Virus record (IMG/VR): IMGVR_UViG_3300043117_000068
Span: 1-29,723 of that record
Reading direction: 5' to 3' (one strand)
Length of the DNA: 29,723 nt
Origin: a virus
Lineage: Duplodnaviria; Caudoviricetes
Shown here piece by piece: positions 7,766-16,985 of the stretch. The translations under genes were made by a program, and so were the position numbers. Every line of letters begins with the position of its first letter. The stretch's first letter is position 1. The notes beneath the pieces were generated by a model. The model was not told where the DNA came from and ran no database searches. It worked only from the letters and a program-made list of their open reading frames with translations.

Positions 7766-7883
7766 GGGGAGGTGGCAGAGTAATTGCACCTTACTATACA
7801 GGGTTGTGATGTGATATGACGAAGCTACTGTATAGAGTAACGCCTTATCATTAAGCTGGTAGGTTAAAATCCTACCCTCCCCA
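7766..7883 (+). tRNA. Interrupted class II tRNA-like gene; tRNA-Leu(UAG) if insert 7796-7832 is removed
   Basis: Acceptor GGGGAGG/CCTCCCC plus discriminator A; TG-GCA-GAGTAAT-TGC-A D arm; CCTTA/TAACG stem (one mismatch); variable arm CTTA-TCAT-TAAG; T arm GTAGG-TTAAAAT-CCTAC; no encoded CCA. Confidence 0.65.
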
Positions 7884-7948
7884 GTTATAGGTAGTACCGT
7901 TAGCTTGGAGCTCACAAGGTATTCTGAGCTAAACGTAGTGCTTATAAT
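7884..7948 (+). other. Long imperfect hairpin starting directly after the discriminator base
   Basis: GTTATAGG/CTTATAAT outer stem; TAGCTTGGAG/TTCTGAGCTA inner stem. Confidence 0.55.
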
Positions 7949-7971
7949 ATAATTTTTAAATAAATAATAAT

Positions 7972-8259
7972 ATGGAGAACTGGAAAGTAAGACTGGCAGA
8001 TATGCTAGTAGGAAGCCGACATAACTTTACATTAAGAGAGGAGTTAGAAGACTTCATAGAACAACTTCTAGAAGAGAAGGAAAAGGAGGCAAGAGAAGAG
8101 GGAAGGAATGAAGTGTTAAAAGACAGGGTGTGTAAAAAGTGTGGACACGGGGAAATGCGACACTACTGGAACGGGGCAGGTAATAGTGAGTATTCTGGAT
8201 TTAGTCATTGCAAAGTAGATGGTTGCGATTGTGTATATGACGAAAGCAATTTTATCTAA
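7972..8259 (+). CDS. Hypothetical protein with C-terminal Cys/His Zn-binding motif
   Basis: LEDFIEQLL helix; CKKCGH...H...C...C.C. Confidence 0.7.
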   Translation: MENWKVRLADMLVGSRHNFTLREELEDFIEQLLEEKEKEAREEGRNEVLKDRVCKKCGHGEMRHYWNGAGNSEYSGFSHCKVDGCDCVYDESNFI

Positions 8260-8279
8260 ATTAAAGGACAATAAGTAAT

Positions 8280-8639
8280 ATGGAGAAGAAAGGAAATGAC
8301 GGAAAAGGAGACAACCCATCAAGGGATTTATGGCAAACGGAACAGGAGTTTTGGAATAAACTAAACAAACAATACTATTTTGGATTTGATTGTTGTGCTA
8401 GTAGAGATAACTCTAAAACAAGAGAGTTCTCAGATGATTTTCAATCTATTAAAAAGGTATATGCCACTGCGTGGATGAATCCACCCTTTTCTAAAGCAAG
8501 AGATATGTTTGAACATTTCTTTAAGGTGGTTAGTAAGGGGGTTGCAATATATAGGTTTGATAATGCAGAAACAAGGATTTGGCAGGAGGTTATATTTCCT
8601 AATGCTAGTTGGATATTTATACCAATAAGTAACAAGTAG
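8280..8639 (+). pseudogene. Phage DNA N6-adenine methyltransferase, C-terminally truncated
   Basis: DLWQT, FDCCAS and WMNPPFS motifs; ends at FIPISNK without the usual R-x-x-F...FPS tail. Confidence 0.7.
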
Positions 8640-8698
8640 TATGGAGAGAATAGATTTAGTACTTAATATTGGTAGTTAAATTTTTATATTTATTTAAT

Positions 8699-8881
8699 AT
8701 GGAAAACAGTTCAAACTTTACTTTTTTGAGGGATTTGAAAAATCCTGATGATTTTACAGAACTTGTAGAGCAAGTGAAGAAATCAGGAGAAAAAGAGTTA
8801 GATGAGTATTCTGTGAGGGTAGCATTAGACTGGTTTATCTCTTGGTTGATGGAACATCTTAACGAATTCAAAAAGAGATAA
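8699..8881 (+). CDS. Hypothetical protein (60 aa from ATG 8699)
   Basis: ORF with AT-rich leader. Confidence 0.6.
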   Translation: MENSSNFTFLRDLKNPDDFTELVEQVKKSGEKELDEYSVRVALDWFISWLMEHLNEFKKR

Positions 8882-8882
8882 T

Positions 8883-8969
8883 TGAGTATTGACTGGTGGT
8901 TAAATCCCACCAGATTAGTATTTAATATTAGTTACTTAGATTGATAATCTAATAACATGCCAATACTCA
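8883..8969 (+). ncRNA. Four-way-junction (cloverleaf) structure overlapping the start of the next ORF
   Basis: TGAGTATTG/CAATACTCA closing stem enclosing three hairpins. Confidence 0.45.
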
Positions 8970-9106
8970 TATTCTTATTGTTACTTGTTATTTTAGTAAG
9001 CACAATATTTTGGGTCTTAGTCTGGCTATTTTTTGCATTGATGGCATTACTTCCAAAGGCATATTATTTAATTAGGAATTTCATACTACGTGAAATAATA
9101 AAATAG
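8957..9106 (+). CDS. Small very hydrophobic protein (49 aa, not in ORF track)
   Basis: MPILIFLLLLVILVSTIFWVLVWLFFALMALLPKAYYLIRNFILREIIK. Confidence 0.55.
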   Translation: MPILIFLLLLVILVSTIFWVLVWLFFALMALLPKAYYLIRNFILREIIK

Positions 9107-9123
9107 AAGTGGTAAAATAACCC

Positions 9124-9561
9124 ATGTTAAAAGAAACTGCCAAATTTGAAGTAGAAAGTATTCCAGTATCTGTAAATAACGGAATCAGATATAGCACTAA
9201 AACCCACAGGTCTTATAAAACTAAGCCCTACAAAGAATGGGAAAAACAATTTACTTATTTCCCTATACAACACATAAAATATTCACAATGGTATCAAATC
9301 GATATATATGTCGGTTTCAAGTTGTTTTATAAAAATGGCAATATAAAAAGAAAGGATATTGATGATATGCTAAAATATACTATTGATTGTGCGTTGTCTA
9401 GAGTCCGAGATGAAGAAGGTGAAATAGATGACAAAAGAATATTAGGTGGATCATTCGCAAAACTACCATCTGACAAGGAATACACTAAGATACTTATAGC
9501 CCCAGTAGAGATAAAAGATATTAAGAATCATATTAAAGAAATCGAGCATTATTTTATTTAA
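9124..9561 (+). CDS. rusA: RusA-family Holliday junction resolvase
   Basis: PVSVNN, RKDIDDMLKYTID, IDDKRI motifs. Confidence 0.85.
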   Translation: MLKETAKFEVESIPVSVNNGIRYSTKTHRSYKTKPYKEWEKQFTYFPIQHIKYSQWYQIDIYVGFKLFYKNGNIKRKDIDDMLKYTIDCALSRVRDEEGEIDDKRILGGSFAKLPSDKEYTKILIAPVEIKDIKNHIKEIEHYFI

Positions 9562-9579
9562 TTTGTTTTATATCTACTT

Positions 9580-9816
9580 ATGAGATTTAAAGACGTGGTC
9601 AATAAGCTACTAGGAGAACTACAAAGCTTTGAAAGTGCTATGGAATTAACTTATAATTCTAACAATAACAAAATTGTAGTAAAAGGATTTAATAAGCATA
9701 CAAGAAGATGGGAAGAGATATTGAATGTGGTTGTAGAAGATAGGATACATATTCATGAATATCAAGACTTTTTTGGAGAATTAAAGTATTGGGATAAAGC
9801 TAACCTAAAGGATTAA
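9580..9816 (+). CDS. Hypothetical protein
   Basis: 78-aa ORF. Confidence 0.7.
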   Translation: MRFKDVVNKLLGELQSFESAMELTYNSNNNKIVVKGFNKHTRRWEEILNVVVEDRIHIHEYQDFFGELKYWDKANLKD

Positions 9817-9838
9817 TTAAAATATAATTTGTTCACTT

Positions 9839-10342
9839 ATGAGTCACAAAATATTCAAACCTACTTTGACTATGCAGTATTATTGGAGGGCATTTGCTGA
9901 CCCTTATACCGAGCCTACCAAAGCTGATACGGCACGAAAAGCTGTAGAAATGATGAAAGAAGATGGCGTGACTAAAAATATCCCAGAGGCGGAGTCTATT
10001 AGAAGAATGACTTATAAGTGGTGGAATAAAGAAGGATATGAGGAATGGCAAGCAGAATATTGGAAAGAATTAATGAAAGATAAGGTGGCTTGGTTAGACA
10101 AAATAGGTATGCTAGAGAGTCGTAAAGATTTTAGATACTGGGAAGCGTTACAAATGAAGTTTGCAGATTTCAAGAGGAAACAGGAAACAAGTGTCAATGT
10201 TCACAGTAACGAAATATTAAATGAACAAGAGAGTTTATTGCAAAGAATGAGAAAACAGGCTAAAGCCGAAGAAGATGAAAAAAAAGAAAAAACAACTAAC
10301 AACAAAACAGGTTCTAAGAGAAGCAACAAAGGATCTAATTAG
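9839..10342 (+). CDS. Putative terminase small subunit
   Basis: Position directly upstream of and overlapping TerL; HTH-like N-terminus and helical middle. Confidence 0.6.
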   Translation: MSHKIFKPTLTMQYYWRAFADPYTEPTKADTARKAVEMMKEDGVTKNIPEAESIRRMTYKWWNKEGYEEWQAEYWKELMKDKVAWLDKIGMLESRKDFRYWEALQMKFADFKRKQETSVNVHSNEILNEQESLLQRMRKQAKAEEDEKKEKTTNNKTGSKRSNKGSN

Positions 10343-11759
10343 GACTTATTTTATTGATCCTCTCACAGGGGAGCCTTTTGAGGCAACTGATGGGCAGTGT
10401 GATATTTTCAACGCAATTTTAGATCCAGACATAGACAGATTACAAGTTGAAACCCCCACGCAGTATGGTAAGTCACGTATAGTAGCAATGGCTATCAATT
10501 GGTATAGAAAAATCTATGGAGGTAGGATAGTAATACTAGCACCTAAAAAGGAGCAGGCTCAAATTATTATGGATTATGTAATGCAGCATGTGTTTGATCA
10601 TCCTGTATTTCAAGAAAGACTTATGGATGTCGAGAGCGTGGAAGATAGGATGAGAACTAAAAAAAGTAATGACAGGTTAATATGGTCTGATAATTCAGAA
10701 ATAAGAGTCCTATCTGCTGGAGCTACAAGAAGAAAGGATGCAGGGCAGTCTATAATGGGATTTGGTGGGGATTTGATTATATCAGATGAGTCTGCTTTAA
10801 TACCTGACAATATATATTCAAAGATATTAAGAATGCTCGGCGGTAATTTAGAAAGAAGTAAGATTGTAAAGATAGGAAATCCATTTAATAGAAACCACTT
10901 TTACAGAAGTTCTAACGATCCTAGATACGATAGAATACGGATAGATTATAAACAAGCCATTGAAGAGGGGCGTTTGACCCAAGCTTTTATTGAGGAGATG
11001 AAAGCTAGTATGCCTCCTGAAGACTTTAGGGTATTGTATGAGGTTAAATATCCAGAAAAAAACTCTGCTAATTCTATATTTACACATAGACATTGGGAGC
11101 AGTTATTATCAAATCATGTGCGAATTCAAAAGAAGATATTAAAGATAAAAGAAGATCAGAGTCCTATTTTAAAGAAATTTGCAGAGCCTGAAGAAGATGA
11201 TGAAGAGGAGATAGAAACATACGAGCCATATTTTTATGCAGGTTTAGACGTGGCTGGAGGTGGTCCAGACCTAAGTGTTTTAACTATAGTGGAGTTTAGT
11301 ATATATGGTGTAGTTATAGTATCACAAGAACCTATAGATATATCTGATACCCACCAAATGGCTTTAGAGGTGCATAATAAGATAAACGGTAAAGTAGAGG
11401 CAATTGGTATAGACTCTGTCGGTATTGGTATTGGTGTTGGAGACCATATGGAAAATATTAATGATAGAGAGTATATTGTTCATAGATACGTAGCAGGCTC
11501 TCGACCAATCAGAACCTTTTATGACAATCGAAAAACCGAGTTATTGTTTACATTAAGACAACTTATTGAGGAATCCAGAGCAAGCCTTGATGAATCTATT
11601 GGACAGCTACGCAAGGATTTGTTAGGCTATGATAAGGAAAGAAGGATTGGAAAGTTAAAATCTTCTGATCCTGACGATTCGCCTGACTATGGGGACTCCC
11701 TTTTGGCAGCCCTAGATGCTTGTGAATCTGTCAAACCAGCTAATATTGAGTTTTTCTAA
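10275..11759 (+). CDS. terL: Terminase large subunit
   Basis: Walker A PTQYGKS, Walker B IISDES, GNP coupling motif, nuclease GLDVAG and DYGDSL. Confidence 0.95.
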   Translation: MKKKKKQLTTKQVLREATKDLIRTYFIDPLTGEPFEATDGQCDIFNAILDPDIDRLQVETPTQYGKSRIVAMAINWYRKIYGGRIVILAPKKEQAQIIMDYVMQHVFDHPVFQERLMDVESVEDRMRTKKSNDRLIWSDNSEIRVLSAGATRRKDAGQSIMGFGGDLIISDESALIPDNIYSKILRMLGGNLERSKIVKIGNPFNRNHFYRSSNDPRYDRIRIDYKQAIEEGRLTQAFIEEMKASMPPEDFRVLYEVKYPEKNSANSIFTHRHWEQLLSNHVRIQKKILKIKEDQSPILKKFAEPEEDDEEEIETYEPYFYAGLDVAGGGPDLSVLTIVEFSIYGVVIVSQEPIDISDTHQMALEVHNKINGKVEAIGIDSVGIGIGVGDHMENINDREYIVHRYVAGSRPIRTFYDNRKTELLFTLRQLIEESRASLDESIGQLRKDLLGYDKERRIGKLKSSDPDDSPDYGDSLLAALDACESVKPANIEFF

Positions 11760-11760
11760 A

Positions 11761-13968
11761 ATGAATAATCAAATTAAACCTTTATTTTCTAAGAGTGATA
11801 TGTCGAAAACTTTATCCCCTGCTAAATTAAACCAAGAGGTGTCTAAAAAGAATATAGATGTGGACGACCTTACGGAAACCTATGTTTGGAAGACCCTATA
11901 TGACAATCCAAATACACAGAGTTTAAAGAACATTGCACAATCATTGCCAGCAAACATATATCCTATTGCATCAGCTATTGCCGAAGACTTTGCTAAATTA
12001 GAGCTAAATCTTGTTAAAGACAAAAAGACAAAGGGTGGGGAAGTTGAAACAGTCCCAGTAGATAGTAACGAAAGTCTAGCAATGGAATGCTTGATGAAGG
12101 TTAATAATCAACAAACTCACTTTAATCTTTTTGAAGAAACAGGATATAGCTATGCTTTATTGGGTGCTAGTTTATGGTATATTCCTAAAGCTCCTAGAGG
12201 TAACTTTAGAGAAATTTATTGGCTAAACCCATTGAACATATCTAACGAAGTTTATGACAAATGGGGATATTTAGTATCCTTTAATTACATTACAGCCGAG
12301 GGAAAAACGGAGAATTATAAAAACGATTACGAAAATGGAGAGATAGAATTTATATACGATATTACATTTAACCTTGCTGATACACGGAAAGGATTTTCAC
12401 CTATACAGCCTATACAGACTATAGCAGAAACATATAAAGCTGCCATTGATTACAATCATAAGTATTTTGTTAATGATGCAACCCCTACCCTGCTTATTAA
12501 AATGAAGCAGAAGCTTTCTGATACTATGAAGAAAATGTTTAAGCTAGATTGGCTAGAGCAGTTTAGAGGTAAAGATAAGTCGCACAAATTTGCTATAACG
12601 GATTCTGACATGGAGGTTGAACCATTATCTTTTAGCAATAAAGATATGGAGTTTGACAAATTAATAGAAAGGGCAAGCAACGAAATAATGACCAATTGGA
12701 GGGTCAACAAGATAATATTGGGTCAAACGGAAAACATTAACAGGGCTACCCTAGAAGGAGCTGATGAAAATCATGCACGAAGAGTGATAGATCCAATGTA
12801 TAGAAGATTTGTAGCTATGCTTAATGAGAAATGGTTACCACTGTTTATCCGAAAGGATAAGATAGTACGAGACAACATAAGGTTTGAGTATGTATCTCCT
12901 ATTACAGCAGATAAAGAAAAAAACAGTAATATAGCCAATACTGGAACTGCTGGCAAACCTTATATGTCAATAAATGAGGCTAGAGAGTTAAACGGACTTC
13001 CTAGACTAGATGAAACTTATGATTATGTACCAACCTATCAAGAAAGCATTAGTATTACAGGAACGCCTTTGGCTAATATAGAAGAAGAACAAAATTCTCT
13101 TAAAAAGGCTATAGAACACTATAAATACATTAATAGAGAGTTAGCGATAGAAAATGCAAAAATAACAGAAACCAAAGAGGGTAAAAAAGCCAAAGAAGAC
13201 ATGACAGAACAACAGGCTAATAGATTAGCAATACAACATCTAGAAAGGGCTTTAAAGTATGAGCCTAAATTTAAAGACGCTGTGGCAGATTATTTTGTGG
13301 GTCTTAAAGAAAGATTTAATATAGAAGAAGCTGTTACTAACAGTCCTAAGGCATATATTGATTTATTTGAGAAACAAGTTAGCTGGGCAGAGGAGATAGC
13401 CGAACTAAAGACAGCCGTCACATCTGTCACTATTGCTATAGCAGCAGAGGCTTGGGTGGATGCAGATAAGCAAGTACCTGGAAATATTGACTTTAATTTG
13501 GATAGTTTTAATCTTTTAGGCTTTATAGAATCAAATTTACAATTCTTTACTCAAACAGTAATAAATAATACAAGAAAAGAATTAGCACAAATTATAGAGG
13601 AATCCTTAGCAAACGGAGAAGGTATGCCAAAGATAGCTAAAAGAATAGATGAGAAGTTTGCAGATTACCGAGGTCCTAGAAGTACGATGATTGCACAGAC
13701 GGAGGTTAATAATATTGCCAATGCATTAGCACAACGCAGATATGAGATAGCAAAAGAGGATGGGTATATAGAAGAGAAGATGTGGTTAAATGCAGGGGAT
13801 AACAGGGTAAGAACAGATCATATAGAAGCAAACTTACAAAAAGCACCTATTGATGGTTATTTCAGGGTTGCTGGCGAGAACCTTAAGTATCCAGGAGATC
13901 AAAATGCATCTCCAGAAAATAGAATAAATTGTAGATGTGCGTCAGTACCATTAGTCAAAAAGGGTTAG
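11761..13968 (+). CDS. Portal protein fused to Mu gpF/SPP1 gp7-like head morphogenesis domain (likely start ATG 11761)
   Basis: GFSPI, YFVNDATP, KDMEF, SINEARELNGLP; C-terminal IAQTE...W...D.RVR..H...PGD...INCRC. Confidence 0.9.
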   Translation: MNNQIKPLFSKSDMSKTLSPAKLNQEVSKKNIDVDDLTETYVWKTLYDNPNTQSLKNIAQSLPANIYPIASAIAEDFAKLELNLVKDKKTKGGEVETVPVDSNESLAMECLMKVNNQQTHFNLFEETGYSYALLGASLWYIPKAPRGNFREIYWLNPLNISNEVYDKWGYLVSFNYITAEGKTENYKNDYENGEIEFIYDITFNLADTRKGFSPIQPIQTIAETYKAAIDYNHKYFVNDATPTLLIKMKQKLSDTMKKMFKLDWLEQFRGKDKSHKFAITDSDMEVEPLSFSNKDMEFDKLIERASNEIMTNWRVNKIILGQTENINRATLEGADENHARRVIDPMYRRFVAMLNEKWLPLFIRKDKIVRDNIRFEYVSPITADKEKNSNIANTGTAGKPYMSINEARELNGLPRLDETYDYVPTYQESISITGTPLANIEEEQNSLKKAIEHYKYINRELAIENAKITETKEGKKAKEDMTEQQANRLAIQHLERALKYEPKFKDAVADYFVGLKERFNIEEAVTNSPKAYIDLFEKQVSWAEEIAELKTAVTSVTIAIAAEAWVDADKQVPGNIDFNLDSFNLLGFIESNLQFFTQTVINNTRKELAQIIEESLANGEGMPKIAKRIDEKFADYRGPRSTMIAQTEVNNIANALAQRRYEIAKEDGYIEEKMWLNAGDNRVRTDHIEANLQKAPIDGYFRVAGENLKYPGDQNASPENRINCRCASVPLVKKG

Positions 13969-14045
13969 TTAATATTGGACATAATAAATTAGTATCTGAT
14001 ATACATTACTAAGGATAAAAAATAATTTTAATTAATAATATATAA

Positions 14046-14885
14046 ATGAATAAACAGTATATATTCGGGGAAGTCAAAAAAGTCGATGATAATATTGTAG
14101 TTGTTGCTTCTGATGAAACATTAGATAGATACGGCGAAGTTATCAAAGCAGAGGGTTGGGAATTAGACAACTTTAAAAAACATTCTCCTATGTTAGTTAA
14201 TCATGATCAAAGTGTAGATTATCTTGTAGGAAAATGGGAAGATGTCAAAGTAGTAGACAATCAACTTCTAATGAGTCCTAAGTGGGCAGATACACCAAAA
14301 GCTAATGAAGTAAGAAGCCTAGTAGAAGACGGATTTTTACCAACAGTATCAGTAGGATTTATAGTAAAACAAAGAGATGAAGAAAACTCTGACGTTATTA
14401 CAAAGGCAGAACTATTAGAAGTTAGTTGGGTCACTATACCAGCAAACCCAAGTGCTATGATGAAAATGATGAAGAAAGGTTATGAATTTGAAATGCATAA
14501 GAAAGAAGAGAAAAAGAAAGATGTTAAAGAGAAAAAGAATGACAAGCAATTGGATAAGAAAGAGTTAGAAAAGAAGGAAGAGATTAAAAAGAACAAAGAG
14601 TTACTAAAACACTATAGACAGGTAATTCCAGAATATAGAACTTTATTAAAGAACTTACAAAACTTATACGAGATAGAAATACCTGAAGGCAAACAGGTAG
14701 ATGAAATAGATCAAATTGCCGATTTAATAAAAGCAGTATCAGAGCAAATGCCTGATAAGGACAGCCAGAAGAAAGAGAACCTTTCGGAGGATATCGAAGG
14801 ACTTGAGACCCAAGAAATTCGAAAAATGATTGAAGACATCACTGTTCAAGCAATCAAGAGCATTTCTGATAAATATGGTATTTAA
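14046..14885 (+). CDS. HK97-family prohead protease with charged C-terminal extension
   Basis: ASDETLDRYGEVI, NHD, SVGF, LLEVSWVTIPANPSA. Confidence 0.92.
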   Translation: MNKQYIFGEVKKVDDNIVVVASDETLDRYGEVIKAEGWELDNFKKHSPMLVNHDQSVDYLVGKWEDVKVVDNQLLMSPKWADTPKANEVRSLVEDGFLPTVSVGFIVKQRDEENSDVITKAELLEVSWVTIPANPSAMMKMMKKGYEFEMHKKEEKKKDVKEKKNDKQLDKKELEKKEEIKKNKELLKHYRQVIPEYRTLLKNLQNLYEIEIPEGKQVDEIDQIADLIKAVSEQMPDKDSQKKENLSEDIEGLETQEIRKMIEDITVQAIKSISDKYGI

Positions 14886-14902
14886 TTTAAGGAAACAATC
14901 TC

Positions 14903-16093
14903 ATGGAAAAGAAAGAATTAGAGAAAGTAATCAGTGAGACAATTTCAAAGGGAATGGCTCCTGTTATCGAAAAACTTGAAAAAGTTGAAGATAAGAAGGG
15001 TACTACTGCTGAGCTTACAAACGAAGAGTTCAAAAGTATGAGTTCCGCAGAAAGAGTCAAAGCCTTTTCAGCTTTAGTTGAAGAGGGTAAAGTAGCTGAT
15101 GCTCAAAAAGTTTCTAAAGAACTTGGGTACGAAGAGGAAGCATTCCTTTTCTTAAAAGCTGTTAGAGATGGAGACAGGATGACTGTTAGGGCATTAAATA
15201 CTGGAACTGATGCCGATGGAGGTTACCTAGTTCCTGAAGCATGGGCAAGCCAGATAGATAACGAGTTGCGAGAGCAAGGAATTACTAGACAGTATGCCGA
15301 TGTCAGGTTTATGCCTGAAGGAACATTGAATCTTCCTAAAGGAGATGCAAATGTAACTGCATATTGGGTAGCGGAAGGTAATACTATTACAGAGAGTAAT
15401 AGAACTTACGGTAATACTAAGCTATCTGCTGAGAAATTAGCCGCAATCTCAACCATGACAACCGAATTACGAGAAGATACTATTGCCGATGTTGTAAGGG
15501 ATGTCACTAGTAACATTGTAGAATCAATCGCTCTCAAAGAGGATGACGCTATGATCAATGGTGATGGAACTGCTTCATTTGGTAATATTACTGGTGTCCT
15601 TCAGGATGCTAATGTAACCGATGTTGTAATGGGTACAGGCGACGTTTCATTCGCTAATGTGGATGCAGATGACATTAAGGATCTTTATTATGGTGTTCCA
15701 CACCAGAAGAGAACTAATGCTGCATTTCTCATGTCTGATTATGTTCTTAGTTTGATTGATAGCTTGAAAGACTCTCAAAACAGACCTCTTTATAGAGGAC
15801 TCAATGATAGTGAATCAGGTATCCTATTGGGTAAACCAGTAGTTATATCAAACCAAGCACCTGAGCTAGCTGACGATGGTGTCAGTACTCCATTTATCGC
15901 CTTCGGTGATTTTGGAAGAGGAGTTGTATTAGGAGATAGAAGAAGAATTACTATCAATCAATCAGACTCTGCAGTTGTAGGAGCTGGGAACATGTTCACT
16001 GAGGATAAGATTGCTCTAAAAGTAACAGAAAGGATAGACATTGCGGTCCATCTACCTGGTTACTTAGCAAGATTAACCACAGCCGCAGCTTAA
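14903..16093 (+). CDS. Major capsid protein, HK97 fold
   Basis: DGGYLVPE, AYWVAEG, LLGKPV, FGDF, ERID motifs. Confidence 0.95.
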   Translation: MEKKELEKVISETISKGMAPVIEKLEKVEDKKGTTAELTNEEFKSMSSAERVKAFSALVEEGKVADAQKVSKELGYEEEAFLFLKAVRDGDRMTVRALNTGTDADGGYLVPEAWASQIDNELREQGITRQYADVRFMPEGTLNLPKGDANVTAYWVAEGNTITESNRTYGNTKLSAEKLAAISTMTTELREDTIADVVRDVTSNIVESIALKEDDAMINGDGTASFGNITGVLQDANVTDVVMGTGDVSFANVDADDIKDLYYGVPHQKRTNAAFLMSDYVLSLIDSLKDSQNRPLYRGLNDSESGILLGKPVVISNQAPELADDGVSTPFIAFGDFGRGVVLGDRRRITINQSDSAVVGAGNMFTEDKIALKVTERIDIAVHLPGYLARLTTAAA

Positions 16094-16140
16094 TATTCTG
16101 CTACGAGAGACTTTTCGGAGTCTCTCTAAGTAGCATATTA
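16091..16140 (+). terminator. Hairpin after the capsid gene
   Basis: GAGAGACTT-TTCG-GAGTCTCTC, extended by GCTAC/GTAGC and TAATAT/ATATTA. Confidence 0.75.
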
Positions 16141-16149
16141 TGCTATAAT
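16141..16149 (+). promoter_or_regulatory. Possible extended -10 promoter
   Basis: TGCTATAAT, 28 nt upstream of ATG 16178. Confidence 0.4.
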
Positions 16150-16177
16150 TTTATATTAAATTATTAAATATATATTT

Positions 16178-16393
16178 ATGAAAGTTGCAATAAGAAACTT
16201 CGTATATAATGGCAAGAAGTATGAAATAGGGATGCCAATCGACCCTAAAGATGTAAAAGAGATTGATAAAGCGGCTCCTGATTTTACTAAAGAGCCTAGT
16301 AAAAAAGAGCTAAAACTTATCAAAAAGAACTTTGGTAAAATGATTGAAAAGTACGAGCGAGAGGAAGAAAAATCAAAGAAAAAGAGTAAGTAG
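16178..16393 (+). CDS. Small basic virion-associated hypothetical protein
   Basis: FVYNGKKYEIG motif typical of post-capsid small genes. Confidence 0.7.
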   Translation: MKVAIRNFVYNGKKYEIGMPIDPKDVKEIDKAAPDFTKEPSKKELKLIKKNFGKMIEKYEREEEKSKKKSK

Positions 16394-16426
16394 TAAAAGT
16401 CGAAGTATAAATTGATTTAAAGAAAT

Positions 16427-16984
16427 ATGTTAGCTTCTCTAGCAGACCTAAAATCTTTTCTTGGTATTAGCACAACTGATAATGACACCTTATTAACAGA
16501 AATCCTAGAATACGTTGATCAGTATGTTAAGACATACACAGGTAGGAGTTTCGAAGAAGCAGCAGTATCAAACGAGATATTTAATACTAACGGATTAAAG
16601 AGAATATTTGCCGTCAAGGAACCTCCTATTAAAGAAAGTCCTACACCAACTGTAACATACGACGGTGTTGCTGTATCAACAGATGATTATGAAATACTAT
16701 ATGACGAGGGGTTATTTGTGTTTGACTCTCCACCAGCTAGGGCAGTAAAAAAGCTTCTTATTAGTTATACAGGTGGGTATGCTACTATTCCAGCAGATTT
16801 ACAACTTGCGACAATTAAAATATCAGCAGGTATATTTAAAAACAGGAAATCTACATCTGGGGCTACTTCTAAAAAGCTTGGGGATTTTTCAATTAACTAT
16901 GGTGAAAGTGGCGATAGTGATTTAGATGCAGTTATACAAAACAATCTTTCTATTTTAGATATGTACAGGAGGATAACTGTTTAG
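16427..16984 (+). CDS. Head-tail adaptor (gp6/gp15-like)
   Basis: LADLKSFLGI, YTGRSF, YTGGYATIPADLQLA, LGDFSINY. Confidence 0.88.
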   Translation: MLASLADLKSFLGISTTDNDTLLTEILEYVDQYVKTYTGRSFEEAAVSNEIFNTNGLKRIFAVKEPPIKESPTPTVTYDGVAVSTDDYEILYDEGLFVFDSPPARAVKKLLISYTGGYATIPADLQLATIKISAGIFKNRKSTSGATSKKLGDFSINYGESGDSDLDAVIQNNLSILDMYRRITV

Positions 16985-16985
16985 C

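Noticed and set aside
7884-7948. tRNA-associated HDV-like (theta) ribozyme
   Set aside because: Folds as a simple rod; the nested double-pseudoknot pairings are not visible
8641-8679. 12-codon ORF MERIDLVLNIGS
   Set aside because: Too short to support; possibly a remnant gene start
13976-14007. Late promoter TGGACA...TATACA
   Set aside because: Weak consensus match in AT-rich sequence; not supportable
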